From the NCBI GenBank assembly GCA_039919075.1, contig JBDSGJ010000005.1, forward strand, positions 46,927 to 110,926: a stretch of DNA of 64,000 bases, in the 5' to 3' direction. A model generated the notes under the pieces. The model saw only the letters and a list, made by a program, of their open reading frames with translations. It did not search any database and was not told the DNA's origin. Origin of the DNA: Sphingomicrobium sp. Its GTDB lineage: Bacteria; Pseudomonadota; Alphaproteobacteria; Sphingomonadales; Sphingomonadaceae. Shown here one piece after another: positions 21,377-33,801 of the stretch (within the stretch, counting starts at the first letter, position 1; the number at the start of each line of letters is the position of its first letter). Position numbers and translations under genes: made by a program.

Positions 21377-24300
21377 TGCCCCGCCGCACCGACATATCCT
21401 CCATCCTCATCATCGGCGCCGGGCCGATCGTCATCGGCCAGGCGGCGGAGTTTGATTACTCGGGCTCCCAAGCGGTCAAGGCGCTCAAGGCCGAGGGCTA
21501 TCGCGTCATCGTCGTCAATTCGAACCCGGCGACGATCATGACCGATCCCGAGCTCGCTGACGCGACCTATATCGAGCCGATCACGCCCGAGGTGGTCGCC
21601 AAGATCATCGAGCTGGAGAAGCCCGACGCGCTGTTGCCGACGATGGGCGGGCAGACCGCGCTCAATACCGCGCTCGCGCTGTTCAAGAGCGGGACGCTCG
21701 ACCGGCTCGGCGTGCAGCTTATCGGCGCCAATGCCGAGGCGATCGAGAAGGCCGAGGACCGGCAGAAATTCCGCGATGCGATGGACCGCATCGGCCTCGA
21801 AAGCCCGCGCTCGGCCGTGGTGCATACGATGGACGAAGCCTGGGCCGCGCTGCCCGAAGTGGGGCTGCCCGCAGTCATCCGGCCGTCGTTCACGCTGGGC
21901 GGAACGGGCGGCGGAATCGCTTATAATCGCGAGGAATTCGAAGGCTTTATCCGCTCAGGCCTCGAAGCCAGCCCAACCACCGAAGTGCTGATCGACGAGA
22001 GCGTCGTCGGGTGGAAGGAATATGAGATGGAAGTCGTGCGCGACCGCGCCGACAATTGCATCATCATCTGCTCGATTGAGAATATCGACCCGATGGGGGT
22101 CCATACCGGGGATTCGATCACCGTCGCCCCGGCGCTGACGCTGACCGACAAGGAATATCAGCGGATGCGCTCGGCCAGCATCGCGGTGCTGCGCGAAATC
22201 GGTGTCGAAACAGGCGGGTCCAACGTCCAGTTCGCGGTCGATCCCAAGACCGGGCGGATGCTGGTGATCGAAATGAACCCGCGCGTGTCGCGCTCGTCGG
22301 CGCTGGCGTCGAAGGCCACCGGCTTCCCGATCGCCAAGGTCGCGGCGCGGCTGGCGGTGGGCTATACGCTCGACGAGATCGCCAACGACATCACCGGCGG
22401 GGCGATGCCGGCGTCGTTTGAGCCGACGGTCGACTATGTCGTGACCAAGATCCCGCGCTTTGCCTTCGAGAAGTTCAAGGGCGCGAAAAATGAGCTGTCG
22501 ACCGCGATGAAGTCGGTCGGCGAAGTCATGGCAATCGGGCGATCGTTTGCGGAGAGTTTGCAGAAAGCGTTGCGCGGGCTCGAGACGGGGCTGTGCGGGC
22601 TCGACCGGGTGCGCGAGCTAGAATTTGCCAGCGACGACGAGATTGAAAATGCGCTGGCACGGGCAACCCCGGACCGGCTGCTGGTCGCGGGCGAGGCGCT
22701 TCGTCACGGTTTCTCGGTCGCGAAGATTTGCGCCATCGCCGGGTTCGATCCGTGGTTTATCGAGCGGTTAGCCGAGATTGTTGCCGCCGAAGTTGAAGTT
22801 CGCGATCGCGGACTGCCACAGGACGCGATCGGCCTGCGCCGCCTCAAGGCGATGGGTTTTTCCGACGCCCGCCTCGCTCAGCTCGCGCTTCGCTCGGCGG
22901 GCGCGCCGCGCGCCAACAGCGAGAAGGCCGCCGCCGGATCGGGCATCGTGCATGATGCGCTCAAAGCACTGACCGGGGGCGTGACCGCTGCCGAAGTGCG
23001 CGCGCTGCGCGAGAAGCTCGGCGTGCGCCCGGTTTTCAAGCGGATCGACAGCTGCGCCGCCGAGTTCGACGCCTCGACCCCCTATCTCTATTCGACCTAT
23101 GAAGCCCCTTTGTTCGGCGAGGGCGAGGATGAGGCCGAGGTTTCCGACCGGCGCAAGGTGATGATCCTGGGCGGCGGCCCGAACCGGATCGGGCAGGGGA
23201 TCGAGTTCGATTATTGCTGCTGCCACGCGGCCTTCGCGCTGCGCGATCTCGGGCTCGAGACGATCATGGTCAACTGCAATCCCGAGACGGTGTCGACCGA
23301 TCCCGAAACCTCCGACCGGCTCTATTTCGAGCCGCTGACCGAGGAGGATGTGCTGTCTATCATCGCCAAGGAGCAGGAGCGGGGCGAACTGCTCGGAGTG
23401 ATCGTCCAGCTTGGCGGGCAGACGCCGTTGAAGCTGGCCGCCGGGCTGCAGGCAGCGGGCGTGCCGATCCTCGGCACCTCGCCCGACAGCATCGATCTCG
23501 CCGAGGATCGCGAGCGGTTCGCGGCGCTGGTCGACAAGCTCGGCTTGCTCCAGCCCGCCAACGGCCTCGCCCGCACGCGCGACGAGGCCGTCGCGATTGC
23601 CGAGCGGATCGGCTATCCGGTTCTGCTGCGGCCCTCCTACGTGCTGGGCGGGCGCGGCATGGAAGTCGTCGACGGGGCCGAACAGCTCGACCATTATATC
23701 GCCACCGCCGTGCAGGTGTCGGGGTCGTCGCCGGTGCTGATCGACCGCTATCTGCGCGACGCGATCGAGGTCGATGTCGACGCCATTTCGGACGGGACCG
23801 ACGTCGCGGTGACCGGGATTTTGCAGCATATCGAGGAAGCCGGGGTCCATTCGGGCGACAGCGCCTGCTCGATCCCGCCTTATTCACTGTCGGCCGAGGT
23901 GCTGGCCGAGATCGAGCGACAAACGCGCGAGCTCGCGCTGGCGCTTGAGGTCAAGGGGCTGATGAATGTCCAATATGCGGTCAAGGACGACAAGGTCTAT
24001 CTGATCGAGGTCAATCCGCGCGCCTCGCGAACGGTGCCGTTCGTGGCCAAGGCGATCGGGCGGCCGATTGCCAAGATCGCGGCGACGGTGATGGCGGGGG
24101 AGCCACTCGCGCCGAACCTGCCGATCGATCGCGACATCAAGCATATCGCGGTCAAGGAAAGCGTCTTCCCCTTCGCGCGCTTCCCGGGGACCGATCCCGT
24201 GCTTGGCCCGGAAATGAAGAGTACCGGCGAAGTCATGGGAATATCGGATAATTTCGACATTGCCTTCGCCAAGTCTCAGCTCGGCGGCGGGGTCGTGCTG

Positions 24301-24714
24301 CCCGATGGCGGCACCGTGTTCATCTCGGTCAAGGATGCCGACAAGGTGAATATCATCCCCGCTGCGGCAAAAATGGCCGAGCTCGGATTCCGCCTGATCG
24401 CGACCAACGGCACTGCCAATGTGCTCCGCGCCGAAGGTATCCCGGTCGAGACGGTCAACAAGGTGGCGCAGGGACGTCCGCATATCGTCGATCGGCTGAC
24501 CGACGGCGAGGTGCAGATCGTGTTCAACACCACCGAGGGCTGGCAGTCGATGAAGGACAGCCAGGCGATCCGCAACACTGCGCTTCATCGCAAGGTGCCC
24601 TACTTCACGACAGCGGCGGCGAGCCTGGCGGTGGCGCGGGCGATTGGGGCGCTTCGCGGCCATGCGCTTGAAGTTCACTCGCTTCAGTCCTATTATTCGG
24701 CCCTGAAACGCTGA
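21376..24714 (+). CDS. carB: Carbamoyl-phosphate synthase large subunit
   Basis: [44 protein letters not shown] domain. Confidence 0.98.
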   Translation: MPRRTDISSILIIGAGPIVIGQAAEFDYSGSQAVKALKAEGYRVIVVNSNPATIMTDPELADATYIEPITPEVVAKIIELEKPDALLPTMGGQTALNTALALFKSGTLDRLGVQLIGANAEAIEKAEDRQKFRDAMDRIGLESPRSAVVHTMDEAWAALPEVGLPAVIRPSFTLGGTGGGIAYNREEFEGFIRSGLEASPTTEVLIDESVVGWKEYEMEVVRDRADNCIIICSIENIDPMGVHTGDSITVAPALTLTDKEYQRMRSASIAVLREIGVETGGSNVQFAVDPKTGRMLVIEMNPRVSRSSALASKATGFPIAKVAARLAVGYTLDEIANDITGGAMPASFEPTVDYVVTKIPRFAFEKFKGAKNELSTAMKSVGEVMAIGRSFAESLQKALRGLETGLCGLDRVRELEFASDDEIENALARATPDRLLVAGEALRHGFSVAKICAIAGFDPWFIERLAEIVAAEVEVRDRGLPQDAIGLRRLKAMGFSDARLAQLALRSAGAPRANSEKAAAGSGIVHDALKALTGGVTAAEVRALREKLGVRPVFKRIDSCAAEFDASTPYLYSTYEAPLFGEGEDEAEVSDRRKVMILGGGPNRIGQGIEFDYCCCHAAFALRDLGLETIMVNCNPETVSTDPETSDRLYFEPLTEEDVLSIIAKEQERGELLGVIVQLGGQTPLKLAAGLQAAGVPILGTSPDSIDLAEDRERFAALVDKLGLLQPANGLARTRDEAVAIAERIGYPVLLRPSYVLGGRGMEVVDGAEQLDHYIATAVQVSGSSPVLIDRYLRDAIEVDVDAISDGTDVAVTGILQHIEEAGVHSGDSACSIPPYSLSAEVLAEIERQTRELALALEVKGLMNVQYAVKDDKVYLIEVNPRASRTVPFVAKAIGRPIAKIAATVMAGEPLAPNLPIDRDIKHIAVKESVFPFARFPGTDPVLGPEMKSTGEVMGISDNFDIAFAKSQLGGGVVLPDGGTVFISVKDADKVNIIPAAAKMAELGFRLIATNGTANVLRAEGIPVETVNKVAQGRPHIVDRLTDGEVQIVFNTTEGWQSMKDSQAIRNTALHRKVPYFTTAAASLAVARAIGALRGHALEVHSLQSYYSALKR

Positions 24715-24795
24715 TATTTTTTCGAAAACCCGGTCCGCAGTAGCGCCGCCCCGTGGCAGGCGACGGAACGGTTTTCGCCGAAGAGGGGACTGATC

Positions 24796-25272
24796 ATGGC
24801 GAGCGACAAAGTGCCGATGCTGGCCGAGGGCCACCGCACGCTCGAGACGGAGGTGCGCCAGCTCAAGATGATCGAGCGGCCCTCGATCATCGAGGCGATC
24901 GAGGTCGCGCGCGCACATGGCGATTTGAGCGAAAACGCCGAATATCATGCGGCGAAGGAGCGCCAGGGACAGGTTGAGGCGATGATCTCCGACATGGAGG
25001 ACCAGTTGAGCCGCGCGCTGGTCATCGACCCGACCACGCTGTCGGGCGACAAGGTGGTGTTCGGCGCGACGGTCACGCTGCTCGACGAGGAGGAGCGCCA
25101 AGTGAAGTATCAGCTCGTCGGTCAGGTCGAGGCGAACGCCTCCGAGGGCCGAATCAGCTACGCCTCGCCGCTCGGCAAGGCGCTGATCGGGCGGACGGTC
25201 GGCGAGGAAGTTGAAGTGACGACGCCGTCGGGCGAAAAATATTACGAGATCCAGAAGCTCGATTTCGTCTGA
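24796..25272 (+). CDS. greA: Transcription elongation factor GreA
   Basis: [31 protein letters not shown]. Confidence 0.96.
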   Translation: MASDKVPMLAEGHRTLETEVRQLKMIERPSIIEAIEVARAHGDLSENAEYHAAKERQGQVEAMISDMEDQLSRALVIDPTTLSGDKVVFGATVTLLDEEERQVKYQLVGQVEANASEGRISYASPLGKALIGRTVGEEVEVTTPSGEKYYEIQKLDFV

Positions 25273-25279
25273 AAACGGG

Positions 25280-25915
25280 GTGCTGCTGACCTATCAGGCG
25301 CGGACCGCGACCGGGGTCATTGCCGCACTGACCACGCTTTGCTCGCTCCTTGTCCTTATGCTGGGCGCGGTCGAGCGGGCGGCGGTGTTGATGGGCTTCG
25401 TACCACTTCGCTTCGGCGGCGGAGCGAATTTGTGGCCGGCGGTCCCCGCCTTGCTGACGCCGCTGACCGCGACGCTGGTTCATGGAAGCTTGCTCCACCT
25501 CGCCGGCAATCTGCTCATGCTCATGTGGTGCGGTCTTGCGGTGGAGCGGGTGCTCGGCGCGCGTGCGTTGATCCTTCTCTATGCAATGGGCGCTTATGTG
25601 GCCGCGTCGGCGCAGTTTCTCGTCGTCCCCCACAGCGACAATCCGATGATCGGGGCAAGCGGAGCGACCTCGGCGCTGATCGGGGCCTTCGCGCTGAGCT
25701 ATGGCCAGCAGAAAATGATCGTGAAGTCGCGGAGCCTCAACCGCTGGCTTAACGTCGCCTGGTTGCTGGTGGCATGGATCGCGCTTCAGCTGGGATTTGG
25801 TTATCTGATGGGTATGCAGGGCATGCTGCTGGCGACCCCGGCACATGTCGGCGGATTTATCGCCGGCCTGGCGATGCAGCGACCGCTCTTGATCTGGCGC
25901 TATCGTGACGCTTGA
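25280..25915 (+). CDS. Rhomboid family intramembrane serine protease
   Basis: LHLAGN, catalytic GASG, AHVGG. Confidence 0.88.
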   Translation: MLLTYQARTATGVIAALTTLCSLLVLMLGAVERAAVLMGFVPLRFGGGANLWPAVPALLTPLTATLVHGSLLHLAGNLLMLMWCGLAVERVLGARALILLYAMGAYVAASAQFLVVPHSDNPMIGASGATSALIGAFALSYGQQKMIVKSRSLNRWLNVAWLLVAWIALQLGFGYLMGMQGMLLATPAHVGGFIAGLAMQRPLLIWRYRDA

Positions 25916-25937
25916 TCGCGCATAGAAAACCAGTCGT

Positions 25938-26168
25938 TCAACCCGCTGCTTGTGCAGGGCTTTCTGGCTGAAGTAGGCGGTGGAGGTGGACTACGACGTA
26001 GCGCATTTCGGCATCGTCGACGGTCTTCTGCGCGGCCGCGCGCCAGGCCTCCTCGGCATCGGCGTAATTATCGAACAAGCCGACGAAATCGACATTGGCG
26101 AGGTCGGTGAAATCCAGTGTCTGCGGGTCGCTGACCCGCCCGCCGAAGACGAAATGAAGTTTGCTCAT
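25938..26168 (-). CDS. DUF4170 family protein
   Basis: LHFVFGGRV.DP..LDF.DL...Y..A..AWR..AQ.TVDDA.MRYVVVHLHRLL. Confidence 0.8.
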   Translation of the reverse strand: MSKLHFVFGGRVSDPQTLDFTDLANVDFVGLFDNYADAEEAWRAAAQKTVDDAEMRYVVVHLHRLLQPESPAQAAG

Positions 26169-26245
26169 ACCGAACCCGCTAGCACAGCGTTCGGTCGCGA
26201 GGAAACCGCTCGCCCGCCAAATCGCCAGGCATTAGGCATCAAGCA

Positions 26246-26611
26246 TCAGGCGTTGGCGCTGCTCGATGCGCCAAAGCCGAAGAAATCGCGAAGCTTGTCA
26301 CCAGCGAGCTCGTCGACCTTCGCCTTGCCGGCCTCGCGCACCTTATCCAACGACGCGCGGCCAGCATCGGCGAGCTTCGTCCCCGCTGGCTCGAGCAGGT
26401 CAAGCTCGCGCTCGGTCTGCGGCAGGACCGAGGCAATCAGCGCGCCGAGAGCAAGCCCCCCGGCCAGCGCGACCAGTGGCATCGATTCGATACGAGTTGA
26501 GGTCTGATCGCCGAACCTTTCGACCGCCGCGCGGCCCCGATCCCGCAGATCTTCTACGTTGAAGCGGCTACCTGCATCGGGGGTGGATTGGGACTTATCA
26601 TGCTTCGCCAT
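26246..26611 (-). CDS. Hypothetical membrane-anchored protein (DUF883-like)
   Basis: PLVALAGGLALGALIASVLP motif; part of a four-gene cluster. Confidence 0.6.
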   Translation of the reverse strand: MAKHDKSQSTPDAGSRFNVEDLRDRGRAAVERFGDQTSTRIESMPLVALAGGLALGALIASVLPQTERELDLLEPAGTKLADAGRASLDKVREAGKAKVDELAGDKLRDFFGFGASSSANA

Positions 26612-26615
26612 GGCT

Positions 26616-26939
26616 TTACTCCTTACGCTTGGCTTTGACCTTGCCGGAATTTCCGGTGTCACTGAACAAGCCGGTTAGCATCTCGACGATCGGCTTGCGG
26701 GCGAGGATCAGCGCCGCGCCGGCCGCGACCCCGGCGGCAAGCGCGGGACGTTCGCGGACCGAGGTGACCGCACTGTCGGCCGCCGCAGCACCCTTGCCCT
26801 TGGCACCAGCCCATGCCTCCTGGGCGATGGTCTTCGGCGCAAGGCGAAGCTTGATCTCCTCGACCGTGCCGACAAACTGCTCGCGCGCCATTTCGGCTTG
26901 GCCGCGCTTGACGGCGATGCGGATCTCGGCGGCGCTCAT
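26616..26939 (-). CDS. DUF3618-like protein
   Basis: AREQFVGTVEEIKLRLAPKTIA plus a C-terminal TM segment. Confidence 0.65.
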   Translation of the reverse strand: MSAAEIRIAVKRGQAEMAREQFVGTVEEIKLRLAPKTIAQEAWAGAKGKGAAAADSAVTSVRERPALAAGVAAGAALILARKPIVEMLTGLFSDTGNSGKVKAKRKE

Positions 26940-27280
26940 TTCCCGATCGCCTTGATCTTGCCGACTGCCAGATTGACCAGAATCGCCGCAGAGGCGGCAA
27001 GGAGGATCATGCTAACGAGCCCCGCCAACGCCGGGTTCATCACTTGTGCTAGTGCGACAAACAGCGTTGCGACGAGCACCAGCAGCGCGGCGTGCCCAAG
27101 AAACAATGCGGCGCCGAGCAAAACCAGCGGAGTTTGCCAGGCCTTGGCCCTCTCGGTTGCAATAGTGCGGTAGAGCGCAACCTCGGCCATCGCCCATGCT
27201 TTGCCATCGTCGCGCGCTCGACCGAACAGATCGGACAGGCTGTCGGGTTCGGCCTCGGACGGGTCGGGGCGTTTCAGCAT
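26936..27280 (-). CDS. Phage-holin-like family (DUF1469) membrane protein
   Basis: SLSDLFGRARDDGKAWAMAEVALY followed by two TM helices. Confidence 0.7.
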   Translation of the reverse strand: MLKRPDPSEAEPDSLSDLFGRARDDGKAWAMAEVALYRTIATERAKAWQTPLVLLGAALFLGHAALLVLVATLFVALAQVMNPALAGLVSMILLAASAAILVNLAVGKIKAIGK

Positions 27281-27302
27281 CGGCTCGGGCAACGCGGTGC
27301 AA

Positions 27303-27815
27303 TCAGGACTTGGACGAGCGGGACTTGCTATCGGCCGTTTCGAGCCCCGACTTGACCACGCGGACCAAGGCGAAGCCAAGGATCGCAGCCCCGGCAAGGG
27401 CAATGCCCGGCGACTTGCGGACGAGCCCGCGAACATCATCGACCAAATCCTCGGGGTTCTTGTTCGACAGCCCGGAAGCGGCACGCTCCACCGCGTCGGC
27501 GGCCTGACGGGCATAATCGCCATATTGCGAGCCAAGGCGCTCGTCGATCGACGCGGCCGTGTCACCGATCAGCGCCGAGACATTGGTCAGCCCCGCCGAA
27601 GACCGCTCGATCCCTTGGCCAAGAAAGCCGTAGGCCTTGTCGCTGGCGCTGGATTTGAGCTTGTCGGTACCACCCTTCAGGGCGTCGCGAACCCCCGAAG
27701 TCTTGCCCCCTGACGTTGCCGGATCGGCGGTGGGCGTTGGCGTCAAGTCGCTGCCAGCCATTTCAGCGTCGCTGACAATCGTGTCGGTGCCCTCGGGCAG
27801 GTCGTGGTCGGCCAT
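27303..27815 (-). CDS. Hypothetical protein (general-stress cluster type)
   Basis: EDLVDDVRGLVRKSPGIALAGAAILGFALVR. Confidence 0.7.
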   Translation of the reverse strand: MADHDLPEGTDTIVSDAEMAGSDLTPTPTADPATSGGKTSGVRDALKGGTDKLKSSASDKAYGFLGQGIERSSAGLTNVSALIGDTAASIDERLGSQYGDYARQAADAVERAASGLSNKNPEDLVDDVRGLVRKSPGIALAGAAILGFALVRVVKSGLETADSKSRSSKS

Positions 27816-27854
27816 GATACGCGTCTCCGCTGGTTGGAAAACTTACGCGGTACA

Positions 27855-27880
27855 AACACGCCATGCCCGCAACGCGTTCC
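27855..27880 (-). promoter_or_regulatory. Possible EcfG/RpoE2 general-stress promoter
   Basis: Minus strand GGAAC-N19-TT (GGAACGCGTTGCGGGCATGGCGTGTT), 40 bp upstream of the ATG at 27815. Confidence 0.4.
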
Positions 27881-27936
27881 TCGCCTGCGGCGAAACTTGT
27901 CGCAGGGGCATGCCGAGGGTAGGGCGCCCATCCTAA

Positions 27937-29247
<1,311 letters not shown>

Positions 29248-29319
29248 TTAAATAAAATATTCGCGTGAATCGAGCGGTTTGCGCTTGCCACGGCGAATGG
29301 TTTCTGATTCTAAAGAGCG

Positions 29320-29631
29320 ATGGGTGGGCGAGCAAGGACAATTCGGACGATGCGCCGCGCCGCGCTGCCAGCGCTGGCGCTGATCGTCGTCGGGAATTTC
29401 GCCGGTTACGCGGTTGCCGGTCCCAACGGGCTGCTCGCCTGGGGAGGCTATCACCGCGACTTGCTCGAGCGGAAGAATGAACTGGTCCAGCTTGAACAAC
29501 AGCGCTCCGAATTGAAGCATCGCTCGAGCCTGCTTGATCCGCGCAAGGCAGATCCCGACATGGCGGATGAGCTGGTTCGCCGTGACCTCGGACTCGTTCG
29601 TCCCGACGAAGTCGTCGTCCCCCTCAATTAA
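29320..29631 (+). CDS. ftsB: FtsB/DivIC septum formation initiator
   Basis: TM helix, GPNGL, coiled coil, DPDMADELVRRDLGLVRPDE; located after eno. Confidence 0.85.
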   Translation: MGGRARTIRTMRRAALPALALIVVGNFAGYAVAGPNGLLAWGGYHRDLLERKNELVQLEQQRSELKHRSSLLDPRKADPDMADELVRRDLGLVRPDEVVVPLN

Positions 29632-29735
29632 CGATTGCTTATCCGCTGGCAGAAGAATTGCCGCTTCGGCATTGCCACCTCGGTCACCTCCCCCCTATAG
29701 CGACATGCTGCAATTGACCGTCGAAAGGCCCTGTT

Positions 29736-30806
29736 TTGGCGCGAACCGCTAAGCCCAAGTCTCCCACGCCTGCGGCCGACGCCCAGCCGGTCAATGATAC
29801 TCCCAACCGCGAGCGTCCCGTCCAGCCTCATCGGTTCGCGGCCAGCAAGGATCAGTTGCTCGGCCTCTACAGGCAGATGCTGCTGATCCGCCGTTTCGAG
29901 GAGCGCGCCGGACAGCTTTACGGGCTCGGGCTGATCGGCGGTTTCTGCCACCTCTACATCGGCCAGGAAGCAGTCGCGGTCGGGCTTCAATCGGCGATGA
30001 CGGTCGGCAAGGACAGCGTCATCACCGGTTATCGCGACCACGGCCATATGCTTGCCTATGGCATCGATCCTAAAGTTATCATGGCCGAGTTGACCGGGCG
30101 CGCCGCAGGAATTTCGCGCGGCAAGGGCGGGTCGATGCACATGTTTTCCGTCGAGCATGGCTTTTACGGCGGGCACGGCATTGTTGGCGCGCAGGTCGGG
30201 CTCGGCACCGGGCTTGCCTTCAAGCATAAATATAGCGGCGATGGAGGGGTGTGCCTCGCCTATTTCGGCGATGGTGCGGCCAATCAGGGGCAGGTCTACG
30301 AGAGCTTCAACATGGCTGAGCTGTGGAAGCTCCCTGTGATCTACGCGATCGAAAATAACGGCTATGCCATGGGCACATCGGTCGCCCGCTCGGCCTCCGA
30401 GGACCAGTTCTACAAACGCGGCGAAAGCTTCCGTATCCCGGGGATTCAGGTCGACGGCATGGACGTGCTCGCAGTGCGGGGTGCCGCCGAAGAAGCGCTT
30501 GCCTGGACCCGCGCTGGCAAGGGCCCGATCATCCTCGAACTGATGACCTATCGCTATCGCGGGCACTCGATGTCCGACCCGGCGAAATATCGCACCCGCG
30601 AGGAGGTCAATTCCTATCGCGACGGTCGAGACCCGATCGACCAGGCGGCGCGTGAACTCGAGGCAATGGGGATGGGCGAGGAGGAACTCAAGGCGATCGA
30701 CAGCGAGATCAAGGCCCTCGTCATCGACGCCGCGAAATATGCTGAGGAAGCGCCTGAACCCGAGGCCGGCGAACTCTATACCGACGTGCTGGTGGAGTCC
30801 TACTGA
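29736..30806 (+). CDS. pdhA: Pyruvate dehydrogenase E1 alpha subunit
   Basis: [33 protein letters not shown]. Confidence 0.97.
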   Translation: MARTAKPKSPTPAADAQPVNDTPNRERPVQPHRFAASKDQLLGLYRQMLLIRRFEERAGQLYGLGLIGGFCHLYIGQEAVAVGLQSAMTVGKDSVITGYRDHGHMLAYGIDPKVIMAELTGRAAGISRGKGGSMHMFSVEHGFYGGHGIVGAQVGLGTGLAFKHKYSGDGGVCLAYFGDGAANQGQVYESFNMAELWKLPVIYAIENNGYAMGTSVARSASEDQFYKRGESFRIPGIQVDGMDVLAVRGAAEEALAWTRAGKGPIILELMTYRYRGHSMSDPAKYRTREEVNSYRDGRDPIDQAARELEAMGMGEEELKAIDSEIKALVIDAAKYAEEAPEPEAGELYTDVLVESY

Positions 30807-32191
30807 TGGGCATGGAATTGAAGATGCCCGCGCTGTCGCCGACGATGGAAGAGGGGACACTGGCCAAGTGGCTCGTCAAGGAAGGCGATAGCGTCAAGTC
30901 GGGGGACATTCTGGCCGAGATCGAGACCGACAAGGCAACGATGGAATTCGAGGCGGTCGACGAAGGGGTCATCGACAAGATCCTCGTTCCCGAGGGCACA
31001 GATGGGGTCAAGGTCGGCGCGCCGATCGCGACGATGAAGGGCGAAGGTGAAGCAGCTGCGCCCGCGCCCGCGCCCGCAGCAAAGCCCGCCCCGGTCGCGC
31101 AAGCGGCTGATGCAACGCCCACGCCCAAACAGGTGGAGACCGGTGCTCGCGATCTCGTAGCCGATGTCGCACGCACGCACGACGCGCCCGAAATGCCCGA
31201 CGGCACGACGTTGAAGTCGACCACCGTGCGCGACGCCCTACGCGATGCGATGGCCGAGGAAATGCGCCGCGACGAACGAGTGTTCGTGATCGGCGAGGAA
31301 GTCGCCGAATACCAGGGCGCCTACAAGGTAACGCAGGGACTGCTAGCCGAATTCGGTGAGAAGCGCGTGATCGACACGCCGATCACCGAATATGGCTTTG
31401 CCGGCCTCGGCACCGGCGCGGCGATGGGCGGCCTCAGGCCCGTGGTCGAATTCATGACCTTCAACTTCGCGATGCAGGCGATCGACCACATCATCAATTC
31501 GGCGGCCAAGACCAATTATATGTCCGGCGGCCAGATGCGCTGCCCGATCGTCTTTCGCGGTCCCAATGGCGCGGCGTCGCGCGTCGGCGCTCAGCACAGC
31601 CAGAATTATGCGCCCTGGTATGCCAGCGTTCCCGGACTGATCGTCATTGCGCCGTACAGCGCGGCGGACGCCAAGGGGCTGCTCAAGGCCGCTATCCGCT
31701 CGACCGACCCGGTCGTCTTCCTCGAAAACGAGCTGCTTTATGGCCAGCATTTCGACGTTCCAGAACTTGACGACTATGTCCTGCCGATCGGCAAGGCGAG
31801 GGTCGTCCGCGAAGGTAAGAACGTCACGCTGGTGACCTACTCGATCGGGGTTGCCGTCGCGCTCGAGGCGGCCAATGAGCTCACCGAAGCCGGGATCGAA
31901 GCCGAGGTCATCGACCTGCGCACCATCCGCCCACTCGACAAGGCGGCGGTGCTTGCCAGCCTCAAGAAGACCAACCGAATGGTGGTCGTCGAGGAGGGCT
32001 GGCCGACCTGCTCGATCGCCTCGGAAATTATCGCGATCGCCATGACCGAAGGCTTCGACGACCTCGATGCCCCGGTGCTGCGCGTGTGCAATGAGGATGT
32101 GCCGATGCCTTACGCGGCCAACCTCGAGAAACTCGCGCTCATCACCGCCGCGAAGGTCGTCAAGGCGGCTAAGGAAGTCTGTTATCGCTGA
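30806..32191 (+). CDS. pdhB: Pyruvate dehydrogenase E1 beta subunit with N-terminal lipoyl domain
   Basis: [11 protein letters not shown]...[26 protein letters not shown]. Confidence 0.97.
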   Translation: MGMELKMPALSPTMEEGTLAKWLVKEGDSVKSGDILAEIETDKATMEFEAVDEGVIDKILVPEGTDGVKVGAPIATMKGEGEAAAPAPAPAAKPAPVAQAADATPTPKQVETGARDLVADVARTHDAPEMPDGTTLKSTTVRDALRDAMAEEMRRDERVFVIGEEVAEYQGAYKVTQGLLAEFGEKRVIDTPITEYGFAGLGTGAAMGGLRPVVEFMTFNFAMQAIDHIINSAAKTNYMSGGQMRCPIVFRGPNGAASRVGAQHSQNYAPWYASVPGLIVIAPYSAADAKGLLKAAIRSTDPVVFLENELLYGQHFDVPELDDYVLPIGKARVVREGKNVTLVTYSIGVAVALEAANELTEAGIEAEVIDLRTIRPLDKAAVLASLKKTNRMVVVEEGWPTCSIASEIIAIAMTEGFDDLDAPVLRVCNEDVPMPYAANLEKLALITAAKVVKAAKEVCYR

Positions 32192-32219
32192 GCCGCCATT
32201 GGGGCCCGATCGGACCCTG

Positions 32220-32822
32220 ATGCTTCACCATTTCCCGCTTCGGCTGCGCCCGGCGGTGGCGGCGCTCTGGGCGATCGACGAGGCGATGGCGGGGGTGGTC
32301 GCGGGGGCGAGCCAGCCCGCGCTGGCGGGGATCAAGCTGGCGTGGTGGCGCGAGGCGCTTGCCCGGCTCGACCGGGACCCGGCGCCGCCCGAGCCACGGC
32401 TGCGCGCGGTGGCAGAAACAATCCTTCCGCTCGGTATTTCGGGGACTGAAGTGGCGGCGCTTGAAGATGGTTGGTCGGGGCTCCTCGATGACTGCCCGGA
32501 TGCGGCGGCGGCTGGCAGAGCGGGTGCACTTTTGTTGAAACTGGAAGCGCGACTGTTTGGCGTGGCGGACCCGCTGGTCGAGCAATCTGGGGCGCTTGTC
32601 TTTCTGACCAATGCGCTGCGCCGGAACCTTGGTGATTTTGGCGAGACGCGCGCGAGCTTGATCAGAGGCCTTGCCGGTCGCCGCGTATCGCGCGCGATGC
32701 GTCCAATCACGCTCGCTGCCCGGCTTGCAGCGCGCGACCTCGCCGAGCCCGAAGGAACGCCTGGACGCGCGCTGGCGATGATCGCGCACCGCCTGACCGG
32801 GATTATTGCGAGGGGGAATTGA
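32220..32822 (+). CDS. Squalene/phytoene synthase-like protein (start uncertain, possibly TTG at 32199)
   Basis: ALWAIDEAMA...IKLAWWREAL...EPRL. Confidence 0.65.
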   Translation: MLHHFPLRLRPAVAALWAIDEAMAGVVAGASQPALAGIKLAWWREALARLDRDPAPPEPRLRAVAETILPLGISGTEVAALEDGWSGLLDDCPDAAAAGRAGALLLKLEARLFGVADPLVEQSGALVFLTNALRRNLGDFGETRASLIRGLAGRRVSRAMRPITLAARLAARDLAEPEGTPGRALAMIAHRLTGIIARGN

Positions 32823-32885
32823 CTTAGGGCCCGCGACGCCTAGCCTTGGCCGTGCCGAATCCTCTGTCTTGCGGGGGTTTCTCTC

Positions 32886-33340
32886 ATGTCTCGAATGATG
32901 GCTGGCGGCGCCGTGACGCTGCTCCTGACCACTGGTGCTTTCCTGTTCTGGCAAGCCATGCCGCCAACCGATCGATTCTGCCTGACGCGCCGTCAGCCAG
33001 CGCTTCGCCCTCACCTGCGGGCACCAAGTTCGCGATGCTCAGCCCCGAATTGCCCCAGGTCCCGGAAGCGACCGCGAAGACCCGGGAGGAGAAGAGATTT
33101 GCCCGCGCCGACAAGGACAAGGACGGCAAGGTCACGGAGGAGGAATTGCTCGCGCCGCGGCACAAGGCCTTTGCCAAGCTCGATCAGGATCATAACGGAA
33201 TGCTGTCGTTCAATGAATGGGCGGCCAAGACGATCAACAAGTTCGAAGGCGCCGACGACGACAAGAATGGTGCGCTGACCGCCGAGGAATATGCCGAAAC
33301 CGCCCCCAAGCCGAAACGTCACCAGATTCGATGCACTTGA
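32886..33340 (+). pseudogene. EF-hand protein with a 1-bp frameshift near 32955
   Basis: Signal anchor MSRMMAGGAVTLLLTTGAFLFWQ is in one frame; ADKDKDGKV, LDQDHNGML, ADDDKNGAL EF-hand loops are in another. Confidence 0.65.
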
Positions 33341-33363
33341 TTGAGACAGGGCATTCCTCTGCT

Positions 33364-33783
33364 ATGACCTGGGTCATGGAAATCAAAGCCGCGACCTATT
33401 CGAGCTTCGCCGCACCCGGGCTTCAGCCGGTCGAGCTTGAGCAAATCCTCAGCGCATCGCAGCGCAACAATGCGCGCGACGCGATTACCGGGGTCCTCAT
33501 GTTCAACGGCGCCGCGTTCGTTCAGACGATCGAGGGGCCACCTGCGGCGATCGATGCCTTGCTGATGCGACTGGCAACGGACCGGAGCCACTGCCAAATG
33601 GAGATCTGCGACGAGCGCTCCCTGTCGCGCCGTATCTTTCCGGACTGGGTGATGGGCTATGTCCGGATGGATGGCGGTTGGCTCGAGGGTCAATATGACA
33701 TCACTGACGCGCTGGCGCGCGAGATGCCGGTCGAGATTCGCGGCCTGTTGACGTCGATGGCGACGACGCTGCCGTTCGAGTGA
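33364..33783 (+). CDS. BLUF domain blue-light sensor
   Basis: TYSS, SQRNNARDAITGVL, FVQTIEG, RRIFPDW.MG, with the conserved Tyr/Gln/Trp-Met. Confidence 0.88.
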   Translation: MTWVMEIKAATYSSFAAPGLQPVELEQILSASQRNNARDAITGVLMFNGAAFVQTIEGPPAAIDALLMRLATDRSHCQMEICDERSLSRRIFPDWVMGYVRMDGGWLEGQYDITDALAREMPVEIRGLLTSMATTLPFE

Positions 33784-33801
33784 CGCGGGCCGCGAGGCTT
33801 G

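Noticed and set aside
22880-22990. Extra segment in CarB ([31 protein letters not shown])
   Set aside because: No palindrome or repeat at DNA level and normal codon usage; probably a lineage-wide insertion, from memory, not verified
26936-27280. Holin-family gene as evidence of a prophage
   Set aside because: No endolysin or other phage genes; it sits in a common chromosomal small-membrane-protein cluster
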